Shown piece after piece: positions 10,124 to 18,319 of a DNA stretch of 64,000 bases (its first letter is position 1; each line of letters opens with the position of its first letter). The stretch is from positions 96,001 through 160,000 of the forward strand of contig JBCCHT010000007.1 in the NCBI GenBank assembly GCA_039028615.1, in the 5' to 3' direction. The notes below the pieces were generated by a model. That model worked only from the letters and a program-made list of their open reading frames with translations. It did no database searches and was not told the origin of the DNA. Source of the DNA: Myxococcota bacterium. Its GTDB lineage: Bacteria; Myxococcota_A; Polyangia; Nannocystales; Nannocystaceae. The position numbers were made by a program, and so were the translations under genes.

Positions 10124-10786
10124 GTGACCGAGACCTCCACCATAGAAGAGGAGCGAGAGCAGCTCGCACGGTGGCGAGGAGGCGATCGTGAGGTCGGTCA
10201 GGCACTGGTCTCCAAGCACTATCTGCGGGTATTTCGGCACTGCCGCGGCCGCCTGATGGATCGAAACGCGGCCGAGGACGCCGTTCAGGTCACGTTCATG
10301 CGCATGCAGCAGCAGAAGATCGGCCTGCGCGGCCGCCTGCTGCCCACCCTGCTCAAGGTGGCCGAGTACGTCTGCCGAGAAGCCAAGCGCGACATGAACA
10401 AACACGGCCACGCCGGTCGGGTCTCGCGACTGAAGACCGACCGCGCTGTGGAGTCCATGATCGACGTCGCCCGCGAGGAGGACCTCGTGTGGCGGATCAT
10501 CGAGCGCCACCTGACCGAGCAGGAGCGCCACATCCTCGAGCTGAAGTACCTACGCGGGCTCGAGGGCGCCCAGATCGGCCTGCTCATCGGCGAGGACGAG
10601 GAGGTCAAGGTTCGACACCGCGTCCGCAAGATCAAGCTGAAGATGCAGGCCGAGCTGGAGAAGCTCACCACGGACACCGAGTTCGTGCGCTCGGCTCTGC
10701 ATACGCTGGACGAATGGACCCGCACGGTACTCGAGCGACGAGATCGCCAGGGAGCGCCCGTCACCGAGCTGGACGACTGGGCGTGA
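10124..10786 (+). CDS. ECF-type RNA polymerase sigma-70 factor
   Basis: LARWRGGDREVGQALV (region 1.2/2), AAEDAVQVTF (region 2.2), LTEQERHILELKYLRGLEGAQIG (region 4), C-terminal TLDEW extension; GTG start inferred. Confidence 0.85.
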   Translation: MTETSTIEEEREQLARWRGGDREVGQALVSKHYLRVFRHCRGRLMDRNAAEDAVQVTFMRMQQQKIGLRGRLLPTLLKVAEYVCREAKRDMNKHGHAGRVSRLKTDRAVESMIDVAREEDLVWRIIERHLTEQERHILELKYLRGLEGAQIGLLIGEDEEVKVRHRVRKIKLKMQAELEKLTTDTEFVRSALHTLDEWTRTVLERRDRQGAPVTELDDWA

Positions 10787-10796
10787 GCGTCGATGT

Positions 10797-12128
10797 CTAC
10801 AGGTCGACGGGGGCGTAGGTGATGTCGATCAACGAGGAGAGCGTCGACCACTCGCGGACGAGCTTGTCGCGCGCTTCTTTGCCCACCAGCACCTGGGTCT
10901 TGCCGCTCTCGTCGATGTCGAGAAACAGGTTGGTGACCCGCTCGTAGTTCGCCAACGCGAACTGAGAGTGCGTGGTCATGATGATCTGACAGCCGCCGAT
11001 CTTGCCCTTCTTCCTGCGCTCGATTCGCTCCTTGGTCAGGTCCACCAGGTACTCGTAGAAGTGATACTGGTTGAGCGGTGACAGGTGCAGCTCGGGCTCG
11101 TCGAGCAAGAACACGCAGCCGGAGGCTTCGAGGCACTCGGTGAGGATCAACAGGCTCAGGATCTCGTTTTCACCCGAGCTGAGAAAATCGACGGCCCGGG
11201 GCTTGTCCGTGGGACCCATCGTCACCGTCGCCGTGATCTCGTCGCCGTACGCCTCGTCCGGCCACGGCTCGCCAACAGGCCACGGCTCTCGCGGCGCGTC
11301 GGGGTCGGCGCCTTCGGGGCGAGGCTTGAAGTACTGGAACGTGACGTCGTGGAGGTCTCGGGCGACGAGCTTGGTCAGATCATCGTCGTCGTCGAGCTTG
11401 GGGTCTTGGATCTTGCGCCACGCTCGACGCAGCCGCTCGGCCCCCAAAAGTCGCGCCGACGGGCCGCGTGGGTCCTCGATGGCATGGAACCGTCGCACCA
11501 CCGTCGCGGCGAGCGTCTCTTTGAGGTGCTTGGGGCTCTCCCGCAGGTCCATGCCCACGCCGTAGTCGTACATGTCCGTATTGGCGTAGGACATGAAGGA
11601 GTGCGGAGGCACGAAGCCCTCCCGCTTCTTCCGCAGGTCCTTGATCCGCTTGGGAGGCCGAAGGCGCCCCTTCTTGCCGTTGTCCCGGCTGAACACCGAG
11701 TGCTCTTGCTTCTCGCCCGCGTCGACCTTCTTCGGCCGGCTATAGCGGATCTCGTCTTGGAGCTTCTCGTAGTCCTCCTTGCGCAGCGACACGTCCGAGG
11801 TCTCGTCTGCGGTGGCCCACCAGTGCTCGAACTTCCCCTCCGCCAACGCCACGGTCAGGTGATCCGGGTCGCTGCTGTGAAAGGCGACGTGGTGCTCGTG
11901 TGGACCGAGCCGGTAGCACAGCCGTACGGTCGCCAGGGGCTGACCCACCTCGTCTCGCCAGGGGATCTCCGGGCTGTGCCCCAGCAGGGCGAGGGCCTCG
12001 AGCAGCGTCGTCTTGCCCGCACCGTTACGACCGCTGACGACCACGAAGTTCTTCTCGAGGACGGTGGGCTCATCCTGGTCGAGGCCCTTGAGTCCTTCGA
12101 TCTGAAACGAACGAATCACGAGGCTCAT
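10797..12128 (-). CDS. soluble ABC-type ATPase (AAA_15/AAA_21-like, OLD/PtuA/AriA-type fold), putative defence sensor
   Basis: IRSFQIEGLKGL N-terminus, Walker A SGRNGAGKTT, signature LSSGE, Walker B/D-loop FLLDEPELHL, H-loop IIMTTHS; AGGAGG RBS; no TM segments; 443 aa. Confidence 0.9.
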   Translation of the reverse strand: MSLVIRSFQIEGLKGLDQDEPTVLEKNFVVVSGRNGAGKTTLLEALALLGHSPEIPWRDEVGQPLATVRLCYRLGPHEHHVAFHSSDPDHLTVALAEGKFEHWWATADETSDVSLRKEDYEKLQDEIRYSRPKKVDAGEKQEHSVFSRDNGKKGRLRPPKRIKDLRKKREGFVPPHSFMSYANTDMYDYGVGMDLRESPKHLKETLAATVVRRFHAIEDPRGPSARLLGAERLRRAWRKIQDPKLDDDDDLTKLVARDLHDVTFQYFKPRPEGADPDAPREPWPVGEPWPDEAYGDEITATVTMGPTDKPRAVDFLSSGENEILSLLILTECLEASGCVFLLDEPELHLSPLNQYHFYEYLVDLTKERIERRKKGKIGGCQIIMTTHSQFALANYERVTNLFLDIDESGKTQVLVGKEARDKLVREWSTLSSLIDITYAPVDL

Positions 12129-13531
12129 GCGACCTCCTGCAGGCACTCGCTCGCTCGGCGGGCGTACTCGTCGACGAATTCCATGAGCGGTCGGCCAACG
12201 GCTGGGCTCGGCACTTCCGCCTCCACCCAGCGGTGGTTCGAGCACCCTCGGGCCTTCAGCAACCGGTGAATGGCGGCGGTGACGTGGCCGTGCTGATCGA
12301 GATCGATGAACACTCGGCCCTGCTGGCAGATCCGCTCGATGTCGGCGCGCGAGGGGTACTCGGCCAAGTGGGGTAGATCCGAGTGCCGGGCATCGTGGTA
12401 GTAGATGCGAACCCGGGGCGGCCTCTCATCCCCCTCCGCCTGGTGCCACAGGATGGCGTTGCGAAGGGCGATCGCTGCGATGGTCTGGTCCTTGTCTTGA
12501 ACGCTGGCCAGGATGTACACGGGGGTGGCCGGGCGACTGTCGTCAACGCCGAAGCTCGTGCTCTGGGGCTCGGCGAGCGTACGCAGGACTCGCACGAAGC
12601 CGCTGTGATCCCAAGGGCGGTGCTGGTGGTAGAGCCACACCTGCGCCCCGCGTTCGTGCCACTGCTTCCACCGCGCTTCGTCGACCTCGAGGTGGCCGAT
12701 GAGGATCGCCGACTGACGCCCCTTGTACATATCGAGCGCCGCGTCGAGATGCGGATCCAGACCGCTCGACCCCAACACCAGGAGGTGGTGCTTCTTGCAG
12801 TCCCGCAAGAAACGGTCAATCAGCCGCTGTCGCTCTTCCGTTCCGTAGTCACAGACGGTGAGCGTCATCGTAGGCGGGTCACTCACCGTGCCGTGCAGCT
12901 TGACCACACAAAAGCCCTCGTACTTGTCGAGCTCTCGGTGATGCGTCGTGATGATGTGGGGAATCGTGCCGCGATTGCGAAGGGCGAGGGCGCCCTCGAG
13001 TGCCAGGTCGTAGTTGGTCGTATAGAACCGCTTCGTCGGGATCCGGGCCGCCAGGTGGTGCACGTACTGCGGCACCATGTGGTCGCTGGCGAGAAGCTCT
13101 GCCAAGTAGCTGCGAAAATCTCCGTCGTCGTCGGAACTCCTTTCTAGGCACGACCTCCGGATCTTCGTTGCGATGTCCTGAAGTTCCTCGAGGGTGAGCG
13201 ACTCTTTCGACAGCGCCTCCGAGACGCCCGCAGAAGAGAAGGCGTCGGAAAGCTCGGTCAGCAGTCCCTTCCAGGTGGGCATGGAGCTGCCGTCCGTGCG
13301 CTGGAGATAGGTGCTCAACCCCGCCCCGACATGGGTGATGAATCCCGTCCCTCCTCGAACGGAGGCTGGCGTCAGCCAGTCGAAACGAAGCTTGCCGATG
13401 TCGTGATTGCCGAGAAACGACGGCGGATCGGCCGACGCTTCGATGAGCTGCTGTTCCTCGAGCAACTGATTTTTGATGTGTGTGCGGTATTCCTTGATCT
13501 TGCTTCTGAGGGTTCGCTTGCTTTCGTTCAC
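12125..13531 (-). CDS. SIR2-family (SIR2_2-type) NAD+-processing protein with extra C-terminal domain
   Basis: VGAGLS, MPTWKGLL, FYTTNYD, VVKLHG, LLVLGSSGLDPHL motifs; GTG start at 13531 with AGGAGG RBS; stop overlaps ATPase start (ATGA). Confidence 0.88.
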   Translation of the reverse strand: MNESKRTLRSKIKEYRTHIKNQLLEEQQLIEASADPPSFLGNHDIGKLRFDWLTPASVRGGTGFITHVGAGLSTYLQRTDGSSMPTWKGLLTELSDAFSSAGVSEALSKESLTLEELQDIATKIRRSCLERSSDDDGDFRSYLAELLASDHMVPQYVHHLAARIPTKRFYTTNYDLALEGALALRNRGTIPHIITTHHRELDKYEGFCVVKLHGTVSDPPTMTLTVCDYGTEERQRLIDRFLRDCKKHHLLVLGSSGLDPHLDAALDMYKGRQSAILIGHLEVDEARWKQWHERGAQVWLYHQHRPWDHSGFVRVLRTLAEPQSTSFGVDDSRPATPVYILASVQDKDQTIAAIALRNAILWHQAEGDERPPRVRIYYHDARHSDLPHLAEYPSRADIERICQQGRVFIDLDQHGHVTAAIHRLLKARGCSNHRWVEAEVPSPAVGRPLMEFVDEYARRASECLQEVA

Positions 13532-13714
13532 GGGGCCTCCTGTCCGAGGCCGCCGGGCGCCGTCCGCCCTGGCCTCAGCGTGTACTGATGGCCAGAGCCC
13601 GCGCGTAACCCGCAAAGTGCATTTTTCTCCGAACTTTTCTGCTGCCCCGCCCTACTCCCTCGAATTCACCCGAATACGACCAACCAGCCGCCGCGTGTAC
13701 CATGGCGCCCGACC

Positions 13715-14212
13715 ATGCCGCTGCGCTCTTCCCTGCCTTCGCTGCTCGCCCTGCTGCTGGCCGCTGCATGCACCGGACCGGCCGGCCCCGGACCGCAGGA
13801 GGCCAACTTCCCCAAGGGCAGCCGCACGAGCGCCAACGCGGCGCTGCAGCTGGAGCTCACCGCGGCGCGCTACGAGATGCGCTTGGTCTCGATCGAGGTC
13901 GCGCTGCACAACCCGGGACAGACCGCCCTCACGCTCGAGCGGCAGGGCATCCTGCTCGAGTACAACCAGCTCGAGTTTCCGGTGACGGACTTGGGCACCG
14001 AGGTGCTCGCGAACGAGATCGTGGTCGACCCGGGCGCGACGATACAGCTCCAGCTGGGCTTCGTGACGGAGCAGGCTCTGCTCGAAGCGGCGAAGCTGCA
14101 CGTGATGTCCATCCGCCGCGGCCCGGAGAGCTGGGCCGAGCCGCTGACTATCGCGGTGCCGCCTCCCGCCGCGTTCGTCGACGCAGCGACCGAGCCCGAT
14201 CCCGAAGCATAG
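13715..14212 (+). CDS. hypothetical lipoprotein
   Basis: LLAAAC lipobox; beta-rich (Ig/DUF4352-like) mature part; TACCAT -10 upstream. Confidence 0.7.
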   Translation: MPLRSSLPSLLALLLAAACTGPAGPGPQEANFPKGSRTSANAALQLELTAARYEMRLVSIEVALHNPGQTALTLERQGILLEYNQLEFPVTDLGTEVLANEIVVDPGATIQLQLGFVTEQALLEAAKLHVMSIRRGPESWAEPLTIAVPPPAAFVDAATEPDPEA

Positions 14213-14269
14213 GCCGGAAGGTCCATCGCCGCCGAGCCAAAAGCCCGGCGGCAATGGTGCGAGTCCTCG

Positions 14270-15745
14270 CTACTCGCCGGGCTCGACCTTGACCTGGAAG
14301 CCCTTCTTGAACTGGTTCTGCTTGCGGCCGTTGATGACCACGTTGGAGGTCTCTTCGAGGATCTTCAGCGTGACGGTCTTGCCGGAGACCTTGGTCACCT
14401 CGACCGTGGCGATGCCCATCCAGCCGCTCATGGTCATGCGACCCATCTGGCGCTCGAAGTGGCGGGACATGGACCCCTTGGTCCCCACCGCGGGCCGAGC
14501 ATCGGAGCTGGCGCGGACCCGCACCGTCTTGCCCTTGCGGGATTCGATGGTGCCCTCGAGCAAGGGGCCGACGGCGGCCGGATCACCACCCGCGGCCGGG
14601 TCGTCGCCCGCCTCGGCGACGGCAGGCACATAGGTCGACGCCGGCATGGCGGCAGTGGAGAAGCAGGAAATCCGCCCGTCGCGATCGCCCGCACAGGCGA
14701 TGGTGTTGTCGGCCGAGGCCCCGAGCCACTCGCCCGTGCGGTACTTCTCCGCCTTGGGGTCGTCCAACGACTTCCCCTCCTTCTCGCCCGCGGAGTAGAG
14801 CACGAAGCCATCGGAACCGGTGGCGGCGATGAGGTCGGGCGCCAACCAGGTCGCGCCGGTCAGCCAGGAGCCGCACCCGTGGGTGCCGACCACCTCCCCG
14901 CTCCCGACATCGTAGATGCGGGCCTCGAAGCTGCCGTCCTGCACGAATAGCCGCGTGCCGTCGGGCGAGGCCGCCATCGCAGTAGGGCGACGGTCGGTCC
15001 GCACCAGCTCGCGGGTGGCCTTGGTCGCCATGTCGTGAATGAAGGTGCCGCCCTCCTCTTCACCCGCCGCGACCCAGCGGTCGTCGGGCGCCACGGCGAC
15101 CCCCTCGACTTCGTCCGGCACGGTGAAGCTGTCGACTTCTTTGAGGGTCTTGGTGTCGACGATGTGCACCGCCCCCTTCCGGCTACCGAGCGCGACGAGG
15201 GACCGACCCCAGCCGACGACCTCGATGTCGCGCGAGCCGACCTTGCCCACCACCTTCTGCGCGAGGGTGGGAAACTCGAGGGTGCGAATCTCTCCGCTGC
15301 CGCAGAGGATCAGGCCTTCGGTGTCGGACACGATGCGGAGGCCGTTGTCGGCGACGTAACACGTGCGCGCGCTCTGGAGGATGCGACCGTCGTCGCTGGC
15401 GAGGACCCGGAGGTTGTTGCGACCTGCGCTCAAGACCCAGCCCGAGGGCGCCACGGCGATCGCATTGTTCCAGTCATCGGTGTCCTGGCCCCACGCGAAG
15501 GCGAAGGTGGGGCGCGGCGGCGGGGCTTCGACCGCCTCCTCGACCTTCGCGGCGGGGGGCGTCTCGGCGGCGGCCGTCGGTTCGGCGGCAGGACCCGAGT
15601 CGTCGGGGCGGGGCGCAGCAGCGACGTCGGGTTCGGGTGGTGAGGTCGGTGCGGGGGCGCCCGAGGTACGACATGCGGCCGACGACAGGGCACAAACCGC
15701 GCTCAGCCCGAGGGCGAGGCGGTACGACGAAGCAATGGGGGGCAT
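14270..15745 (-). CDS. WD40/beta-propeller lipoprotein
   Basis: SSAAC lipobox, Pro/Ala linker, repeats AIAVAPSG, GVAVAPDDRWVAAG, AMAASPDGTRLF. Confidence 0.8.
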   Translation of the reverse strand: MPPIASSYRLALGLSAVCALSSAACRTSGAPAPTSPPEPDVAAAPRPDDSGPAAEPTAAAETPPAAKVEEAVEAPPPRPTFAFAWGQDTDDWNNAIAVAPSGWVLSAGRNNLRVLASDDGRILQSARTCYVADNGLRIVSDTEGLILCGSGEIRTLEFPTLAQKVVGKVGSRDIEVVGWGRSLVALGSRKGAVHIVDTKTLKEVDSFTVPDEVEGVAVAPDDRWVAAGEEEGGTFIHDMATKATRELVRTDRRPTAMAASPDGTRLFVQDGSFEARIYDVGSGEVVGTHGCGSWLTGATWLAPDLIAATGSDGFVLYSAGEKEGKSLDDPKAEKYRTGEWLGASADNTIACAGDRDGRISCFSTAAMPASTYVPAVAEAGDDPAAGGDPAAVGPLLEGTIESRKGKTVRVRASSDARPAVGTKGSMSRHFERQMGRMTMSGWMGIATVEVTKVSGKTVTLKILEETSNVVINGRKQNQFKKGFQVKVEPGE

Positions 15746-16005
15746 GGGCCCGAGGCTAGCGCCCTGCGGGTAGGCGGCACGGGGCGCGAGGCGAATCCCG
15801 TTCTTCCGCGGCCCAACGCCGATCTAGCCCTCGCCCGGCCAAGGAGACTCTTCGCCGCCCCGCGCTCGAATAGGGCCCCGCCGACGATCGTCGAACCCGA
15901 ACGAGCCCGCTCGATCGAGACACTGCGGCCCCGCCCTGACACCAGTGTCGCGATCGCGAGGCGCCAAACCGGAGCCAAATGCCCGTTCTGTGACCCCGTG
16001 CATGT

Positions 16006-16021
16006 TGGCACCATGGTTGCA
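16006..16021 (+). promoter_or_regulatory. sigma-54 (-24/-12) promoter
   Basis: TGGCACCATGGTTGCA matches TGGCAC-N5-TTGCW; palindrome GACAC-CA-GTGTC at 15938-15949 upstream could be an enhancer site. Confidence 0.7.
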
Positions 16022-16033
16022 CAACAGCGCGGC

Positions 16034-17059
16034 ATGCCTTGGTTGAGACTTGCTGCTGCGCTTACGTTGCTCCCCTCCGCCCTGATGCTCGGGGCTTGTG
16101 ATCACCAGGTGGAAGAGCCCGACGAGGACCTGGTCGCCGACGGGGAAGACGAGCCGCTGGACGAGGAGGACAGCGACGGCAGCGAGGAAGACGAGGACGA
16201 GGACGACAACGACGGCCAGGACGACGACACCGACAACGACGACCAGGACGACGACGACACCGGTGGTCCTCCGCCCAGCAACGATCCTCCCGCCCCTCGC
16301 CCGGACGCCGCCGTGCTGTGCGACTTCGACGTGTGGAACGGCTACGAGTGCATGACCGACGACGGTCAGGAGGGCACCAACTACTGCATCATGGTCGACG
16401 GCGAGGAATTCTACACGCCGTGCTCGACCGAGCCCCCCAGCTGCCAGCCGGGCGACGGCTGGGATAAAGGCTGCGTGGGCGAGATCTGCTACTGGGACGG
16501 CGACTCCTTCGAGCGGTACTCGTGGAGCGAGGACGACTGCAACACGCCGCTGGTCGTCAACTTCGAGTCCAGCCCCATCGAGTTCTCCCCCGCCCGGGCC
16601 GCCTCCTTCGATCTGAGCAGCGACGGGAGCTGCATGAGCACCGACTGGCCCACCGCGCCCTGGCTCGCCCTCGATCGCGACGGCGACGGCTTCATCCGCA
16701 GCGGCGCCGAGCTGTTCGGCAGCGCGACCAAGATGTCCTCCGGCGGCTACGCCGAGCATGGCTTCGCCGCGCTGGCCGAGCTCGACAGCAACCGCGACGG
16801 CAAGATCGATCAAAAGGACGATCGCTTCGGCGAGCTGGTGCTGTGGCACGACCTCGACGAAGACCGCGTCGGCGCCTACGGCGAGCTTCAGCCAGTGGCC
16901 CAGACCTCGCTCGTGTCCATCGACCTGAGCTTCGACCGCCGAGCGCAGTGCGACTCGAAGGGCAACTGCGGCTACGAGCGCACCGCCTTCGAGTACCGCA
17001 CCTCGCAGGGTGACGTGGCCACGGGCGAAGTGGTCGACGTGCACGTGGCCTGCCGCTAA
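16034..17059 (+). CDS. calcium-binding lipoprotein with FrpC self-processing-module-like domain (copy 1)
   Basis: LGAC lipobox; Asp/Glu-rich tract; Cys-rich region; TPLVVNF...WLALDRDGDGFIRSGAELFG...HGFAALAELDSNRDGKID...LVLWHD. Confidence 0.85.
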   Translation: MPWLRLAAALTLLPSALMLGACDHQVEEPDEDLVADGEDEPLDEEDSDGSEEDEDEDDNDGQDDDTDNDDQDDDDTGGPPPSNDPPAPRPDAAVLCDFDVWNGYECMTDDGQEGTNYCIMVDGEEFYTPCSTEPPSCQPGDGWDKGCVGEICYWDGDSFERYSWSEDDCNTPLVVNFESSPIEFSPARAASFDLSSDGSCMSTDWPTAPWLALDRDGDGFIRSGAELFGSATKMSSGGYAEHGFAALAELDSNRDGKIDQKDDRFGELVLWHDLDEDRVGAYGELQPVAQTSLVSIDLSFDRRAQCDSKGNCGYERTAFEYRTSQGDVATGEVVDVHVACR

Positions 17060-17126
17060 CCGGTCGGTGCCCGAACAAGGCCTGGGTGAGACCTCGCGGT
17101 CCGCCCGGGCCTCGTTGCGTCTGCGC

Positions 17127-17711
17127 TCAGAGCAGCCGATCGAGGCGCTCGACCACGGTCGAGCGGACCTTGGACGACAAGAATACCCCGGGCACGTGGC
17201 GCAGCATCAGCTCCCAGCGGAAGCCCTCGCGCCGGCGATGATCGGACGCGATGTACTGCCGCAGCTCCAGCGCCGACTCGCGGTGAAAAGCCCACAGCAC
17301 GTGCCCGCGCACCTCGATCTGGTAGTGCGCATCGTGAGGCCAGCGCAGCGTATGCCGCCGCCCCAGCCCGCACGACGGGCAGCGCACCGCCCCCGCGTCG
17401 GTGCCGAAGCAGCGGTGACCATTGCGAGGCGGGCGCCAGTGCGACGGCTCGTACCCGGGGGGCAGGTCGGCGATGACCTGCTCGGGCGCCCCGTGGAGGG
17501 TGGCGTGGAACAGCGCCGCCACCCAACGACTGCGGGTGCCTTCGCCGATCGTGCGGCAATCGAAGTGCGAGCTCCGCTCGAAGAACTCGCGCTCGTCCGT
17601 CCGCTTCACCCGCACCGCGGTCGCAAACTCGAAGCGCGCCGGCTCGCCGCACTTCGGACACCGCACGTCGAGCCGATGCGGCATCGGGTTCCAGTCGTAG
17701 GGCCCCGTCAT
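17127..17711 (-). CDS. hypothetical protein with two CxxC motifs (split Zn-ribbon)
   Basis: VRCPKCG and VRCPSCG; C-terminal LWAFHRE...Y...LRHVP; start at MTGPYDWN inferred. Confidence 0.7.
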   Translation of the reverse strand: MTGPYDWNPMPHRLDVRCPKCGEPARFEFATAVRVKRTDEREFFERSSHFDCRTIGEGTRSRWVAALFHATLHGAPEQVIADLPPGYEPSHWRPPRNGHRCFGTDAGAVRCPSCGLGRRHTLRWPHDAHYQIEVRGHVLWAFHRESALELRQYIASDHRRREGFRWELMLRHVPGVFLSSKVRSTVVERLDRLL

Positions 17712-17827
17712 CTGCGCTGCCGCCTCGGCCGAGGTCGAGATGAGGGTCGGACGGCCACGGAAACGACGATACGCCGCTCGCAGCACTTTTTCGCAATCGA
17801 AATCGGCGCCCGTCCGCTTTCTCCCGC

Positions 17828-18319
17828 GTGACCCCCCGCCCCTTGCCCCCCGCAGGGCGGTCGGTGTTCGCATTCGTCGTCGGTCTGCTGGTCGCGAGCG
17901 CGCCCGGCTGCCGCGATGACGAAGCCGCGTCCCCCGATCTCCCCCTCGACGCCCCCTGGACCCCCGGCAACGGCGAGTTCGACGACTCCTGCGAGCAGGG
18001 CTGCGAGGAGTTCCTGGAGCTGACCACGCCCCACTCGGGAGAGCTCGATCTGCGCCTCGCCACCGAGCTCGACGATCCCTTGGCGCAGTGGGGCGAGTGC
18101 ATCGGGACCTTCTTCGCGTGCTGGGGCGACGAGCAACGCCCGGTCCCGGAGTGCGTGCAGGCAGCGACCTGCCCCGCCGCGTGCAAGGCCGAGTTCACCC
18201 GCCAAGTGGTCGACGCCGAGGACGAAGAGCAAGAGATCCACGCATTCAACCGCGTGTTCGTGGATGACGACGCGCCCTGCCGGGCCCCCGACGACGACGC
18301 CCCGGAGGCCTCGCCATGA
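17828..18319 (+). CDS. Cys-rich lipoprotein
   Basis: APGC lipobox; 8 further Cys; stop overlaps next gene start (ATGA 18316-18319). Confidence 0.75.
   Translation: MTPRPLPPAGRSVFAFVVGLLVASAPGCRDDEAASPDLPLDAPWTPGNGEFDDSCEQGCEEFLELTTPHSGELDLRLATELDDPLAQWGECIGTFFACWGDEQRPVPECVQAATCPAACKAEFTRQVVDAEDEEQEIHAFNRVFVDDDAPCRAPDDDAPEASP

Noticed and set aside
10797..12128. ATPase as ABC-transporter subunit, SMC/Lamassu LmuB, OLD nuclease or retron-Septu component
   Set aside because: No permease nearby, no long coiled coil between Walker A and signature, no TOPRIM C-terminus, and no HNH or reverse transcriptase gene in the window. A short Lamassu-like relationship cannot be fully excluded without HMMs.
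7042..13714. Mobile element boundaries around the kinase/sigma/SIR2-ATPase block
   Set aside because: No integrase, transposase, tRNA target or flanking direct repeats were found by eye; island status remains unproven.
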